NCBI GenBank assembly: GCA_043817075.1
Contig: JBDRHG010000005.1
Location: 3,120-67,119 of the forward strand
From: an archaeon
GTDB lineage: Archaea; Nanobdellota; Nanobdellia; Woesearchaeales; JAADFO01
Reading direction: 5' to 3'
DNA length: 64,000 nt
The first letter of the stretch is position 1. Each line of letters begins with the position of its first letter. The notes below the pieces were generated by a model. It was not told the DNA's origin, searched no databases, and saw nothing but the letters and a program-made list of their open reading frames with translations. Below, in pieces: positions 1-9,823 of the stretch. The position numbers were made by a program, and so were the translations under genes.

Positions 1-235
1 ATGCGTTCTCGGTCACCTCGCCTGATGGCAACATGAGCCAGACGACCCGTCGTTGCTGTTTAAGGTCCTCCACAAGCTCCTTTATCGAGCCCGCTCCCTT
101 CGCCCCTCCGTCCACCGCCTCCTGTACCTTCTCAGGTGAGCGGTTCCAGACGACGACATCTATGCCGCCTGTCGTGAGCATTCGCTTGACCATGTTCAGG
201 CCCATCCGGCCCAGTCCGATGAATCCTATCTCCAT
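1..235 (-). CDS. gnd: 6-phosphogluconate dehydrogenase, decarboxylating (N-terminal part; runs off the window edge)
   Basis: Not in the ORF track. Manual translation MEIGFIGLGRMGLNMVKRMLTTGGIDVVVWNRSPEKV...RVVWLMLPSGEVTENA shows GxGxMG and WLMLPxG motifs; SD GAGGTGA upstream. Confidence 0.85.
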   Translation of the reverse strand, partial: MEIGFIGLGRMGLNMVKRMLTTGGIDVVVWNRSPEKVQEAVDGGAKGAGSIKELVEDLKQQRRVVWLMLPSGEVTENA

Positions 236-240
236 CTTCT

Positions 241-1569
241 TCACCTCGAATCCTGTTCTTTGAGTATGCGTTTGGTCTCTATCTTGTATTCTTCGACATT
301 GGGTTGGTCGAACGGGTTGACACCCATCAATGCGCCGAGGAACATCATCTCCATCATCTTCATTTGCAGGAGCTGCCCGATTGTCTCGGCCGATACGGCG
401 GGCAACGATATAGTCGAATACGGCCTTCTTCCTTTCGAGAACGCCGCTTGCACCCCTTGAAGTATGGCATCCATCAAGGAATGGATCGTCTTCCCCTGGA
501 TGCTGCCCACGAGATCTCCGAACCCTTCAAGGGATGGGACCTCGGTCGGCGAAGGATCATTCTTGATCCGGACGAAAGTGGTGTATTTGTCCTTCGGCCC
601 TCCGAGATAGAGCTGCGCCATGGAATGCAGATCGGTAGAGCCGATCGAGACAGTCGGTGTCATCCCTGAGAACACCTGCTTGCCTGAGAGATTATGCTCT
701 TTTCCGACGCTCTCGCCCATCAATTGCCTGTACCATTTTCCAACGGACTCTAGGTCTGAGGCGAAGAGGAACTGGTCAGCGATGGGATGACCAGCATCGA
801 GATTGAGCTTGAGCAATGCCGCGCTCTGCATAGCGGGATTGTCAGATATGGATGCTTGGAGGCATCTTCTGCGCATCGCTTCTGCCCCTTTGAGCAGCGA
901 ATCGATATCCGCGCCGATCAGGCCGAGCGGAAAAAGACCGACTGGAGAGAATACCGAATACCTTCCACCGACCTTCCTGGGGATCTCAAGAACGGAGAAC
1001 CCTTCTTTGGCCGCGAGGTCCCAGAAACGGGAACCACGGTCTGTGGTCACGACCACGGCCTCTTTGTAATCCGCGTCGAATCCTTTCACATACTCGATGA
1101 GCACTTGTAGATTTGCGATGGTCTCGGTCGTGCCTCCGGACTTGCTCACACCATTGAGTATGACTCGTCGTCCGGCTTCGAGGGACGGTTCAATAATCCT
1201 GATGATGTCAGCGAGGACGGACGCATCGACCGTGTCTGCATAGAGGATCTTGATTCCTTCAGTATGCTGGTTGTATAGCCGCCCCAATACCGCTTCCTGC
1301 ACCGCGATGGTGCCCAGGTTGCTTCCACCGATGCCGACTACGATGATGTGGGAGAGATTGAGCCTCTTCTTTTCCTCGATGACCTGCTTGACCGACCTGA
1401 GTGCATCGGCATCTGACGGCAGGTTGATCGATGCCCTATCATCCGCATATCCTGATCCCGATGCATGCATGAGACGCGTCAGCTCTTCATCCAACTGAGG
1501 CTGCAAGGAAGCCATGTCTGCCTCAGAATAGGGTGTTGTTCCTTGATAGCTGAAGTCTAACTGTTCCAT
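241..1569 (-). CDS. pgi: Glucose-6-phosphate isomerase
   Basis: GIGGSNLG, SKSGGTTET, VGGRYSVFS, QLMGESVGK, NPFDQPNVEEYK motifs. Confidence 0.95.
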   Translation of the reverse strand: MEQLDFSYQGTTPYSEADMASLQPQLDEELTRLMHASGSGYADDRASINLPSDADALRSVKQVIEEKKRLNLSHIIVVGIGGSNLGTIAVQEAVLGRLYNQHTEGIKILYADTVDASVLADIIRIIEPSLEAGRRVILNGVSKSGGTTETIANLQVLIEYVKGFDADYKEAVVVTTDRGSRFWDLAAKEGFSVLEIPRKVGGRYSVFSPVGLFPLGLIGADIDSLLKGAEAMRRRCLQASISDNPAMQSAALLKLNLDAGHPIADQFLFASDLESVGKWYRQLMGESVGKEHNLSGKQVFSGMTPTVSIGSTDLHSMAQLYLGGPKDKYTTFVRIKNDPSPTEVPSLEGFGDLVGSIQGKTIHSLMDAILQGVQAAFSKGRRPYSTISLPAVSAETIGQLLQMKMMEMMFLGALMGVNPFDQPNVEEYKIETKRILKEQDSR

Positions 1570-1669
1570 GCGTATCCCCTCGGTTGATGTTCAGTAAAAT
1601 CGCCCCAGAATATATAAGCCTTTTCGTCGACGAATCAGGATGGGCTTGCGATATGGCTGTTATCGTCAT

Positions 1670-2053
1670 TCACCACAGACCGAGACCGATCCCCATGATT
1701 TCGACGAACACATAGAGCCATAAGACATACACGATGATGGCCAATATGAAGGTGACGAGCACCAGATTGATGACCCGGTTACGTTTCCGCTTGAGCTGGT
1801 CTAGGGTGCAGATGCCCTCTTTCTTGTAGAAGTACCAGATGAGACCAGCGATGAGGAAGGCCGCGGCCACCCCACGGAAGACCCATTTGTATGATCCATA
1901 GAGAAGATCCGACAATGACGCCGCATAGGCGACGGAAGAGAGACCGAGAAGCACGAGCACCACAGATGTGAAGCAGCATAGCCCACCGATGAGGGCTGAC
2001 AGAGGGATGAACTTCTTGAGGAATGATTTCTGTTCCTTGTCGATGAGTTTCAT
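1670..2053 (-). CDS. MerT-like small membrane protein (possible heavy-metal transporter)
   Basis: About 3 hydrophobic helices, GLCC pair in TM1 and a further Cys in the loop. Confidence 0.55.
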   Translation of the reverse strand: MKLIDKEQKSFLKKFIPLSALIGGLCCFTSVVLVLLGLSSVAYAASLSDLLYGSYKWVFRGVAAAFLIAGLIWYFYKKEGICTLDQLKRKRNRVINLVLVTFILAIIVYVLWLYVFVEIMGIGLGLW

Positions 2054-2169
2054 GGTATCACATCCGAATAGATAGTCTATAGAGAGGATAATATATCGAG
2101 GCGGATGATATACGAAGATGGATCATATGCTGGCCTGATTTATATGCTTGACCTTATCATATGCCGATT

Positions 2170-2817
2170 CTATTCAGTCTCAGGTTTCTTCTTCAGATAT
2201 CCTTTGAGCAGCAGACGTCCCATCTCTGAGAGCTTGAGGAAAAGGCTCTTGCCCTCCTCCTTGACCACGATGAGCCGATAGGCACGAAGGCCCTTCGAGC
2301 GGAGATTGCCGTTGATATGGTACGAGAGGAGAGATACCGACATGTCGAGCTCTTTGGACAGATCGCGAAGCGATTTGAAGGCCTCCCCATCAAGACTGCT
2401 GAGTATGCGCATCTTATTGTCTGAAAGCTCATTGTAATAAGAGAGCTTGATGATGGGTAAGAACATCGGACGGTCGTCTGCGATATGGAATGCTTTCAGT
2501 CCATTGGCGTATGCTGCGCTGATGGCTGCACATGTGCTCATGCGATCACCCGTCGCGACGTTGACGATGAGATCGTCTGGATCATAGATGGCGCAGGTCT
2601 CACCGAAAACCCTGAACATCTCCTCAAGCACGTTGCCGTTGATGGGGATGATGTCTGACTTTATCGTGAACTCCTCGAGTCGGATCTGAAGGTCTTTTGC
2701 CTCTTTGATGCTGCCTTCAGGTGTGATGAGAAGGACCCGTTCTGTGGGAAATTCCTTCATGCCTATGAACAATGCTCGAAGATTATCTCCGACCGGCGCG
2801 ATGACGACGTATCCCAT
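2170..2817 (-). CDS. CARF-domain + winged-HTH transcriptional regulator (Csa3/HFX_2341-like)
   Basis: N-terminal Rossmann-like strand (VVIAPVG), IVNVATGDR motif of the CARF VNxxGGxR type, C-terminal SLRDLSKELDMSVSLLSYHI HTH and LSEMGR wing. Confidence 0.75.
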   Translation of the reverse strand: MGYVVIAPVGDNLRALFIGMKEFPTERVLLITPEGSIKEAKDLQIRLEEFTIKSDIIPINGNVLEEMFRVFGETCAIYDPDDLIVNVATGDRMSTCAAISAAYANGLKAFHIADDRPMFLPIIKLSYYNELSDNKMRILSSLDGEAFKSLRDLSKELDMSVSLLSYHINGNLRSKGLRAYRLIVVKEEGKSLFLKLSEMGRLLLKGYLKKKPETE

Positions 2818-2855
2818 GTGTAATCAGGATGCGCCAAGAGTTTAAATATTCTCCC

Positions 2856-2879
2856 TCAAACATCAAGGAAAATGTTTGA
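2856..2879. promoter_or_regulatory. Inverted repeat TCAAACAT-N8-ATGTTTGA, candidate operator
   Basis: Perfect 8-bp arms between the divergent TATA boxes of the CARF-HTH gene and lplBA. Confidence 0.5.
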
Positions 2880-2951
2880 CGATGTCTGGCATTCGGTTAG
2901 CAGCACAAGACATTTAAATATCCTGTACTCGCAACAGAACGAGGAAGATAC

Positions 2952-3263
2952 ATGGACAGACCAGAGGAAAAAAAGGGGACCGCGACACGGAAGATACCGG
3001 GCGGCAAGTTGGTGAGACTGGACATCAGCTTTTCTGACAGCATAATATCATGCAAGATCACGGGCGATTTTTTCCTTCATCCCGAAGATGCGATCAATCC
3101 ACTCGAGACATCCCTACTGGGCCTTTCCTTCCCCCTCGACGAAAAGAAAGCGTCAGAGAGACTGAAGTCTGCGTTACGTAAAGCGGATGCAACCCTCATC
3201 GGCGCGACCGCTGAAGAGATCGCGAGCATACTCATGGAGGCAGCAACATGCGATGGCGATTGA
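2952..3263 (+). CDS. lplB: Lipoate-protein ligase accessory (C-terminal domain) subunit
   Basis: KIPGGKLV and ITGDFFLHPE motifs; overlaps lplA start. Confidence 0.85.
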   Translation: MDRPEEKKGTATRKIPGGKLVRLDISFSDSIISCKITGDFFLHPEDAINPLETSLLGLSFPLDEKKASERLKSALRKADATLIGATAEEIASILMEAATCDGD

Positions 3264-3994
3264 TAGATGACACCGCGCATGATGCCGCGACGAACATGGG
3301 CATCGATGAAGCGATCTCAGAGAGCGTCTCGACAGGACAGAGCCCTCCTACTATCAGGTTCTATGCCTGGGAACCAAGCGCAGTATCCATAGGATATTTC
3401 CAAGGCCTATCGAATGAAGTGGATATGGAAGCCTGTGAGAAAGCAGGTGTCGACGTCGTCCGCCGACGGACAGGAGGTGGCGCGGTCTACCATGACCGAG
3501 ACGGTGAGATCACCTATAGCATCGTCGGCCCACTATCCCTATTCCCATCCGACATCATCGGGTCGTACCGCATGATATGCGGCCACGTGGTCGACGCATT
3601 GCGGCTTCTGGATATCCCTGCGGAGTTCGCTCCCATAAATGACATCCAGGTGGAGGGCAAGAAGATATCCGGAAGCGCGCAGACGAGGAGGAATGGTGTG
3701 CTCCTCCAACATGGCACGCTCTTGCTCGACGTCGACGTCGACCGCATGTTCTCGCTCCTTCGCGTGGGTAAGGAGAAGATCGCTGACAAGCTCATAAAAT
3801 CCGTCAAGAAGAGAGTGACCTCGATTCAGGACTTTGGCGTGTTCTCAAAAGACGACGTCCGTAACGCTCTCAAGGAGGCATTCTCTAAGGGAAGAGATAT
3901 CTCTGCCGGATCGATGACCGAAGAAGAGTTGGCGTTGGCCAAGAGGCTAGCCCAAGAGCGATACAAGAGCGACGCATGGACAGCGATGCGTTGA
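3248..3994 (+). CDS. lplA: Lipoate-protein ligase catalytic subunit
   Basis: NMGIDEA, RRRTGGGAVYHD, NDI, KKISGSAQ, LQHGTLL motifs. Confidence 0.9.
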   Translation: MRWRLIDDTAHDAATNMGIDEAISESVSTGQSPPTIRFYAWEPSAVSIGYFQGLSNEVDMEACEKAGVDVVRRRTGGGAVYHDRDGEITYSIVGPLSLFPSDIIGSYRMICGHVVDALRLLDIPAEFAPINDIQVEGKKISGSAQTRRNGVLLQHGTLLLDVDVDRMFSLLRVGKEKIADKLIKSVKKRVTSIQDFGVFSKDDVRNALKEAFSKGRDISAGSMTEEELALAKRLAQERYKSDAWTAMR

Positions 3995-4013
3995 TCACCA
4001 CCCCACCTGTTAG

Positions 4014-4058
4014 GATAGAGTTCTCAGAGATAGAAATCTCAAAGATAGAATTCTCAGA
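4014..4058. repeat. Three tandem copies of a 15-bp unit (GATAGARWTCTCARA)
   Basis: gatagagttctcaga gatagaaatctcaaa gatagaattctcaga in the convergent intergenic gap. Confidence 0.8.
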
Positions 4059-4081
4059 GCATCAGCTCATATATCAGCGAG

Positions 4082-6799
4082 TCAACCAGTGCGTGATGTG
4101 AAATGCTCTTTCACCCTCTCGAGCAGCATGGACAGATACCAGACCATGACGCTGACACCGAGCATCATGCCCCAATCAATAGCTGAGAGCGCGGAGGTAC
4201 CGAAGAATTTTTGGAGCGGCGAGTAGATCACCAAGAGCTGGAGCAGCAAGGAACTGAATACAGCCAGCACAAGCCATTTGTTGGAGAAGAAAGATAAGCG
4301 GTATTGCCAACGAATGCTCTGCAACCTCACGATCTCGAGGATGATGATGGTGGTAAACGCGATGGTACGTATCCGAGACAGGAACGCAGCGCCCTCAAGC
4401 CCCTGGTAGTGGTGCATCGCCCAGACATAGATACCGAGCACAGCCAGCGTGATGAGGACAGATATGTATCCCAATGTGTAGACCAACGGCCTGTTGATGA
4501 TGCTCTCGTCAGCCTTCATGGGGGGTTGAGTCATCAGATCGGCCGGGTTGGGATCCACGCTCAAGGCCAGAGCAGGCAATCCGTCAGTGACCAGGTTGAG
4601 CCAGAGCAACATCACCGCTGTCATCGGCAGAGGCAACTGGAACAGGATGGAGAAGAAGATGACGAATACCTCTGCGAGGTTTCCGGAGAGCAGATAGTTG
4701 ACGAATTTCCTGATGTTCGCGTAGATGCCTCTGCCTTCCTCGACCGCATTGACGATCGAGGCGAAGTTGTCATCGAGGAGCACCATCTCTGAGGCCTCTT
4801 TTGCGACATCGGTACCGTTGATCCCCATCGCGACGCCGAGGTCAGCTGCCTTGAGCGCGGGGGAATCATTGACACCGTCCCCGGTCATCGCCACCACATG
4901 ACCTGCGCTCCTGAGCAATTCGACAATGCGCATCTTGTGTCTCGGCTCGACACGGGAAAAAATGCCGACTTCATCGATGGCTATGGATTGGGCCTCTGCA
5001 GACAACCCACCGAAAGACGCCCCATCCATGGATTTCCCATCGATGCCTACCTCATCTGCGATCGCCTGAGCAGTGATGCCGTTGTCCCCTGTGATCATGA
5101 TGACCCGTATGCCGGCCTCTTTGCATCGGTTGATGGCCTCCTTGACTTCAGCGTGCGGAGGATCGATCATGCCCTGGAAACCCACGAAAACCAGGTTCTT
5201 CTCGTCCGATTCATGTTCCATGTGCTCTTTGTAGGCGAATGCGAGGACGCGGAGAGCGCCCTTGGCGTATTCCTCATTCTTAGAAAGCAACGCTGCTCGG
5301 TTCTTGTCAGTGAGCTTGACTGCCTTGCCTCGGCTGTATATATGGGTACAACGGGCGAGCACTGATTCAGGAGCGCCTTTGACATGGACGACCCGTTTGT
5401 CTGTCGTAGGGTCATGGTTGACAGTGCTCATGAGCTTCCTTGTCGAATCGAATGGCTCTTCACTCAGACGTGTCCATTCTCTCTGAAGTTGTTCCGGATT
5501 GAGTCCTGCCTTATTGGCGCTGATCAAGAGCGCCGCCTCTGTCGGATCGCCGATGACCTCCGCCTCTTGACCTGGATTCCGGATTGATGCATTATTGCAT
5601 AATGAACCTATCCTGAAGAGCAGAAGGTCGTCTTCCCATCGTGTCCCTTTCGATCCGGTGATATGTCCCCGAGGAGAATATCCTTCGCCAGAGATGTCCA
5701 GATGGCGACCGTCGATATAGGCTGCTCGGACCGTCATCTGGTTCTTCGTCAACGTACCGGTCTTGTCGGTGCAGATCACTGTGGCCTCGCCGAGCGTCTC
5801 CACCGAAGGCAGACGTCGCACGAGAGCATTACGCAGGACCATCCGACGAACACCGAAAGCCAGCGCGATGGTGATGACCGCAGGCATCCCAGACGGCACA
5901 GCGGCGACCGCCAACGCGACGGCTGTGAGGAACCATGACTTCGCGGCGAAAACGAATCCTATAAGATCCCCTGAGAATAGGATGGGTAACAGACCTTCCT
6001 TGGCCACGCCGGAGAGGAAGACGATGACGCATACGATGATGGTGACGATGCCGATACGCATGCTCAGACGGTTCAGCTTCTTCTGAAGCGGCGTCTGTTC
6101 GGGTTTGCTCTCTGAGATCATTCCTGCGATCCTGCCGATCTCCGTGTGCATACCTATGTTCGTCACCACAGCGGTGGCCTTTCCGCTCACGATCGATGTG
6201 CCTGAGAAGGCCATGTTCTTCCGTTCGGCGAGCCCCGGATGTTTGGTGAGCGCACGGGCATGTTTGGCCACAGGGACAGATTCTCCGGTCAACGATGCTT
6301 CCATCGCATGCAGCCTCAAAGATTCTATGATGCGTGCATCAGCAGGGACCTTATCGCCTTCCTCAAGGAGGATGAGATCGCCAGGGACCAGCTCTTTAGA
6401 ATCGATCAGGATCAGCTCACCATTCCGCCGCACCTTGGCTTTTATCCCGGACAGTCTCCGCAATGCATCGATCGCGCGTTCTGCTCGGTACTCCTGGATG
6501 AAACCGACCACCGCATTGACCACAAGCACGAACAGGATGACGATAGTGTCGACAACCTCCCCCTGGAGGAGAGAGATGGCGAGTGCGAAGAAAAGGATGT
6601 AGATGATGATGCTGTGGAACTGGTTGAGGAATATCAATAATGGTCCTCGACCCCTCTTGGCCTTGAGCTGGTTTCTCCCGAAACGTTTCTGCCGTCCTTG
6701 TACGTCATGAGTGGACAGTCCTTTGTCTGGACGGACATCGAAATGATGAAGAATGTCTTCGGGTTGCCGGTTATACCATTCCATGCATGCATGCCTCAT
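4082..6799 (-). CDS. P-type cation-transporting ATPase, P2A (SERCA-like) family with atypical M4 motif
   Basis: TGES, DKTGT, KGAPE, DPP, TGD, GDGVND motifs; M4 reads PSGMP. Confidence 0.93.
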   Translation of the reverse strand: MRHACMEWYNRQPEDILHHFDVRPDKGLSTHDVQGRQKRFGRNQLKAKRGRGPLLIFLNQFHSIIIYILFFALAISLLQGEVVDTIVILFVLVVNAVVGFIQEYRAERAIDALRRLSGIKAKVRRNGELILIDSKELVPGDLILLEEGDKVPADARIIESLRLHAMEASLTGESVPVAKHARALTKHPGLAERKNMAFSGTSIVSGKATAVVTNIGMHTEIGRIAGMISESKPEQTPLQKKLNRLSMRIGIVTIIVCVIVFLSGVAKEGLLPILFSGDLIGFVFAAKSWFLTAVALAVAAVPSGMPAVITIALAFGVRRMVLRNALVRRLPSVETLGEATVICTDKTGTLTKNQMTVRAAYIDGRHLDISGEGYSPRGHITGSKGTRWEDDLLLFRIGSLCNNASIRNPGQEAEVIGDPTEAALLISANKAGLNPEQLQREWTRLSEEPFDSTRKLMSTVNHDPTTDKRVVHVKGAPESVLARCTHIYSRGKAVKLTDKNRAALLSKNEEYAKGALRVLAFAYKEHMEHESDEKNLVFVGFQGMIDPPHAEVKEAINRCKEAGIRVIMITGDNGITAQAIADEVGIDGKSMDGASFGGLSAEAQSIAIDEVGIFSRVEPRHKMRIVELLRSAGHVVAMTGDGVNDSPALKAADLGVAMGINGTDVAKEASEMVLLDDNFASIVNAVEEGRGIYANIRKFVNYLLSGNLAEVFVIFFSILFQLPLPMTAVMLLWLNLVTDGLPALALSVDPNPADLMTQPPMKADESIINRPLVYTLGYISVLITLAVLGIYVWAMHHYQGLEGAAFLSRIRTIAFTTIIILEIVRLQSIRWQYRLSFFSNKWLVLAVFSSLLLQLLVIYSPLQKFFGTSALSAIDWGMMLGVSVMVWYLSMLLERVKEHFTSRTG

Positions 6800-6826
6800 G
6801 GTGCCCTCTGGCTGAACCAGGATCGC

Positions 6827-8257
6827 TCAATCCTTACGAGGGGAATAGATATGGATTGCCGCACCCATAGTGGCTTCTGCAGCCTCCATGAGGCCTTCGG
6901 GCAGGGTAGGATGAGGATGGATGGTGAGGCTGATGTCCTCGACCGTGGCACCCATCTCGATGGCGAGAGCGGCCTCGCTGATCATGTCGCTCGCACCCGG
7001 CCCTACGGCCTGGACACCGAGCACCTCGTTGCTGCCCTTCTCTGCGATGACTTTGACAAAGCCGTCGGTCTGATTGAGAGTGAGCGCCCGCCCCAATGCC
7101 GCGAACGGGAATCGACCTACCTCAATGTCCAGACCTTTTTCCTTGGCCTCTGATTCGGTGAGCCCGACCGAAGAGATCTCAGGATCGTTGAACACGACGA
7201 AGGGTATCACTCGGTTGTCGAATGCGCTGGCCTTGCCGCTCGCTACTTCTGCTGCGACTTTGGCCTCTCTCGTCGCCTTATGAGCGAGCATAGGCTGTCC
7301 GGCGACATCGCCGATTGCGAATATCTTGGGATCGTCGGTACGCATGGTCTTGTCCACCTTGATGAATCCTTTGTCATCTGTCTTGACTTTGGTGTTCTCC
7401 AACCCCATATCCATTGAGCAAGGTTTCCTGCCGACCACGACCAACACCTTGTCTGCCTCTATCGAGTTCTCTTTGCCGTCTTCCTCTATGCGTACCTTCA
7501 GAGTGTCGCCGTCCTCGTCCAATCCCAAGGCCTTTGTCTTGAGATGGGCAGTGACATTGAATTTCGTGAGCCTCTTCGCGACGACATCGACGATCTCAGC
7601 TTCGAGTCCCGGGAGGAGACGGTCCATCATCTCGATGATGTGCACCTCGCTGCCTAGCTTGCCGTACACCGTCCCCATCTCTGTTCCGATGTAGCCGCCG
7701 CCGATGACGACGAGACGTTTGGGTACATCGGTCAAGGCCAGCGCATCCCGCGAGGTGATCACTTTTGGATTGTCAAAGGAGAATCCAGGGATCTCGATGG
7801 GAAGTGAACCGGTCGCGACGATGGCATGTTTGAACTTTACCGCAGTCACATCACTCTTGCCCTCGATGTGGATCTCGTCGCTGCTCTTGAAGACGCCTTT
7901 CCCTTTGATGACCTCCACACCGTTGCGTTTGAGAAGGCCAGCCACGCCATCGTTGAGCCGCTTGACGATACTCGCTTTCCAGGAAATCATCTTGGGTATG
8001 TCGACGTCGTAGTCCTTGATCGTGATCCCCATATCCTTGAGGCTGCTGATCGTGGACAGAAAATTTGAAGCATGGATGAGCGCTTTGGTCGGGATGCAGC
8101 CATGGTTGAGGCAGACGCCGCCGAGCACAGATTCTTTCTCCACCAAGGTGACATCATTGCCTAACTGCGCCGCACGGATCGCTGCGACATAGCCTCCCGG
8201 ACCTGAACCCAGGACGACAACATCCGTCTCCACCGTCATCGAACCGACTACCATCAT
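6827..8257 (-). CDS. lpdA: Dihydrolipoyl dehydrogenase (E3)
   Basis: GSGPGGY, GGVCLNHGCIPTK, HPHPTLPE. Confidence 0.97.
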   Translation of the reverse strand: MMVVGSMTVETDVVVLGSGPGGYVAAIRAAQLGNDVTLVEKESVLGGVCLNHGCIPTKALIHASNFLSTISSLKDMGITIKDYDVDIPKMISWKASIVKRLNDGVAGLLKRNGVEVIKGKGVFKSSDEIHIEGKSDVTAVKFKHAIVATGSLPIEIPGFSFDNPKVITSRDALALTDVPKRLVVIGGGYIGTEMGTVYGKLGSEVHIIEMMDRLLPGLEAEIVDVVAKRLTKFNVTAHLKTKALGLDEDGDTLKVRIEEDGKENSIEADKVLVVVGRKPCSMDMGLENTKVKTDDKGFIKVDKTMRTDDPKIFAIGDVAGQPMLAHKATREAKVAAEVASGKASAFDNRVIPFVVFNDPEISSVGLTESEAKEKGLDIEVGRFPFAALGRALTLNQTDGFVKVIAEKGSNEVLGVQAVGPGASDMISEAALAIEMGATVEDISLTIHPHPTLPEGLMEAAEATMGAAIHIYSPRKD

Positions 8258-9819
8258 ATCATCTCCACTAAAAGTGTCTCAGGATCCGAGAGCATCGATG
8301 ACAGGTCGGCGATGAATCTCGCGGCCTCCGCCCCGTCGATCACCCGATGGTCGATGGTCAGAGACAACGCGATCATCTTCCGGATCAGCAGCTCTCCCTT
8401 TACGACAACCGGCTTCTCGATGATCCTTCCCAGGCCGAGAATGGCGACCTCAGGATAGTTGATGATCGGCGTGAACACCTGCCCTGCGATGCTACCCACG
8501 CTCGAGATCGTGAATGTGCTCCCTTTCATCTCATCGAGAGGTAACTTTCGGTCACGGGCTTTCTTGACGATGTCAGATATCTCCCCTGCCAGGGCAAGGA
8601 TACTTTTCCGGTCGGCGTTCCGCACGACGGGCACGACCAGACCTTCTGGCGCGTCGGTCGCGATGCCGATATGGTATCGCCGTTTGATGATGATCTCATC
8701 AGTCTCTTCATCGAGCGTCGCGTTGAACGTCTCATGCTTCCTTAGCGCGGCGACGACAGCCTTGACGAAGAAGGGCAAGAATGTGAGATGGATGCCCTTG
8801 TCCTTGAGCTTGTCGTTCTCACGCTTACGCAAGGCGTACAGGTCCGTCACATCGGCCTCGTCTGTGAAGGTGAACGGAGCGGCATGGGAAAGTGAAAGAA
8901 TCATGTGCTTGGAGATGGCCTTACGTGTGGGACTCATGGGGATGCGCTCTTCCTCTGGCTCGTACGTGGAGTCCACAACAGCAGGTTGCGGGACGGGATC
9001 CGGAGATGATGCAGACGCATCGGGAGCTGGCGCATCCTTGACTGCTGCGGTTTTGCCGATCATTGCCTTGACATCCTCCATCGTCACCCTACCGTTGGAG
9101 CCGCTTCCTGCGACCGTCGCGATGTCGACGCCCATCTCTCGGGCATGCATCCTTACCGAGGGTGTCGCGAGCACATCACATCCATCGGTCCTTGCAGAAG
9201 AAGGGGATGACGAAGGCTCGGCACCTGTAGATGGTGATGGAGCAGGAACGACAGCAGGATTGATAGCAGGAGCAGGAGCAGGAGCAGAAACAGGAGATGT
9301 ACCGCCTGACAGATTGTTGACATCCGCTTGGGTGACTCGACCATCCTTACCAGTGCCTTTGACGTCATCGGGTCTGATGCCGAGCTTCGCCGCTGCTTCC
9401 CGCAATGCTTTCCTCACCTTCGGTAGCGCAAGGATGCCACCGGTCTCGGTTCCATCCGAAGGTTCGGAGTCCACAGGCTCTGCCTCTGCATCCTCCTGAT
9501 GCGGAGGAGGGGTAGGGACAAGTGTTTCGGGAACGGGTTTCGTCTCTTCTTTTGCAGGTGCAGGCGATGCCGCAGCACCCTCTCCTTTCGCGAGCTCCAT
9601 GATGGGTTGCCCCACTTCCATGGTGTCTCCAGGAGAGAAGAGCAGCTTCTCTACGGTACCGGAATCTGGCGTAGGTATCTCCACTACAGCCTTGTCAGTC
9701 TCTACCGATGCGATCGGTTGGTCAACGGCGATAGTATCGCCTTCCTTGATGAGCCATTCGACAAGCTTGCCTTCTTTGATGCCTTCACCGACATCCGGGA
9801 ACAGGAACGGGTCTCCCAT
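8254..9819 (-). CDS. pdhC: Dihydrolipoamide acyltransferase (E2): one lipoyl domain, two subunit-binding domains
   Basis: VETDKA lipoyl site, Pro/Ala linkers, DHRVIDG catalytic motif. Confidence 0.93.
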   Translation of the reverse strand: MGDPFLFPDVGEGIKEGKLVEWLIKEGDTIAVDQPIASVETDKAVVEIPTPDSGTVEKLLFSPGDTMEVGQPIMELAKGEGAAASPAPAKEETKPVPETLVPTPPPHQEDAEAEPVDSEPSDGTETGGILALPKVRKALREAAAKLGIRPDDVKGTGKDGRVTQADVNNLSGGTSPVSAPAPAPAINPAVVPAPSPSTGAEPSSSPSSARTDGCDVLATPSVRMHAREMGVDIATVAGSGSNGRVTMEDVKAMIGKTAAVKDAPAPDASASSPDPVPQPAVVDSTYEPEEERIPMSPTRKAISKHMILSLSHAAPFTFTDEADVTDLYALRKRENDKLKDKGIHLTFLPFFVKAVVAALRKHETFNATLDEETDEIIIKRRYHIGIATDAPEGLVVPVVRNADRKSILALAGEISDIVKKARDRKLPLDEMKGSTFTISSVGSIAGQVFTPIINYPEVAILGLGRIIEKPVVVKGELLIRKMIALSLTIDHRVIDGAEAARFIADLSSMLSDPETLLVEMI

Positions 9820-9823
9820 GTTA

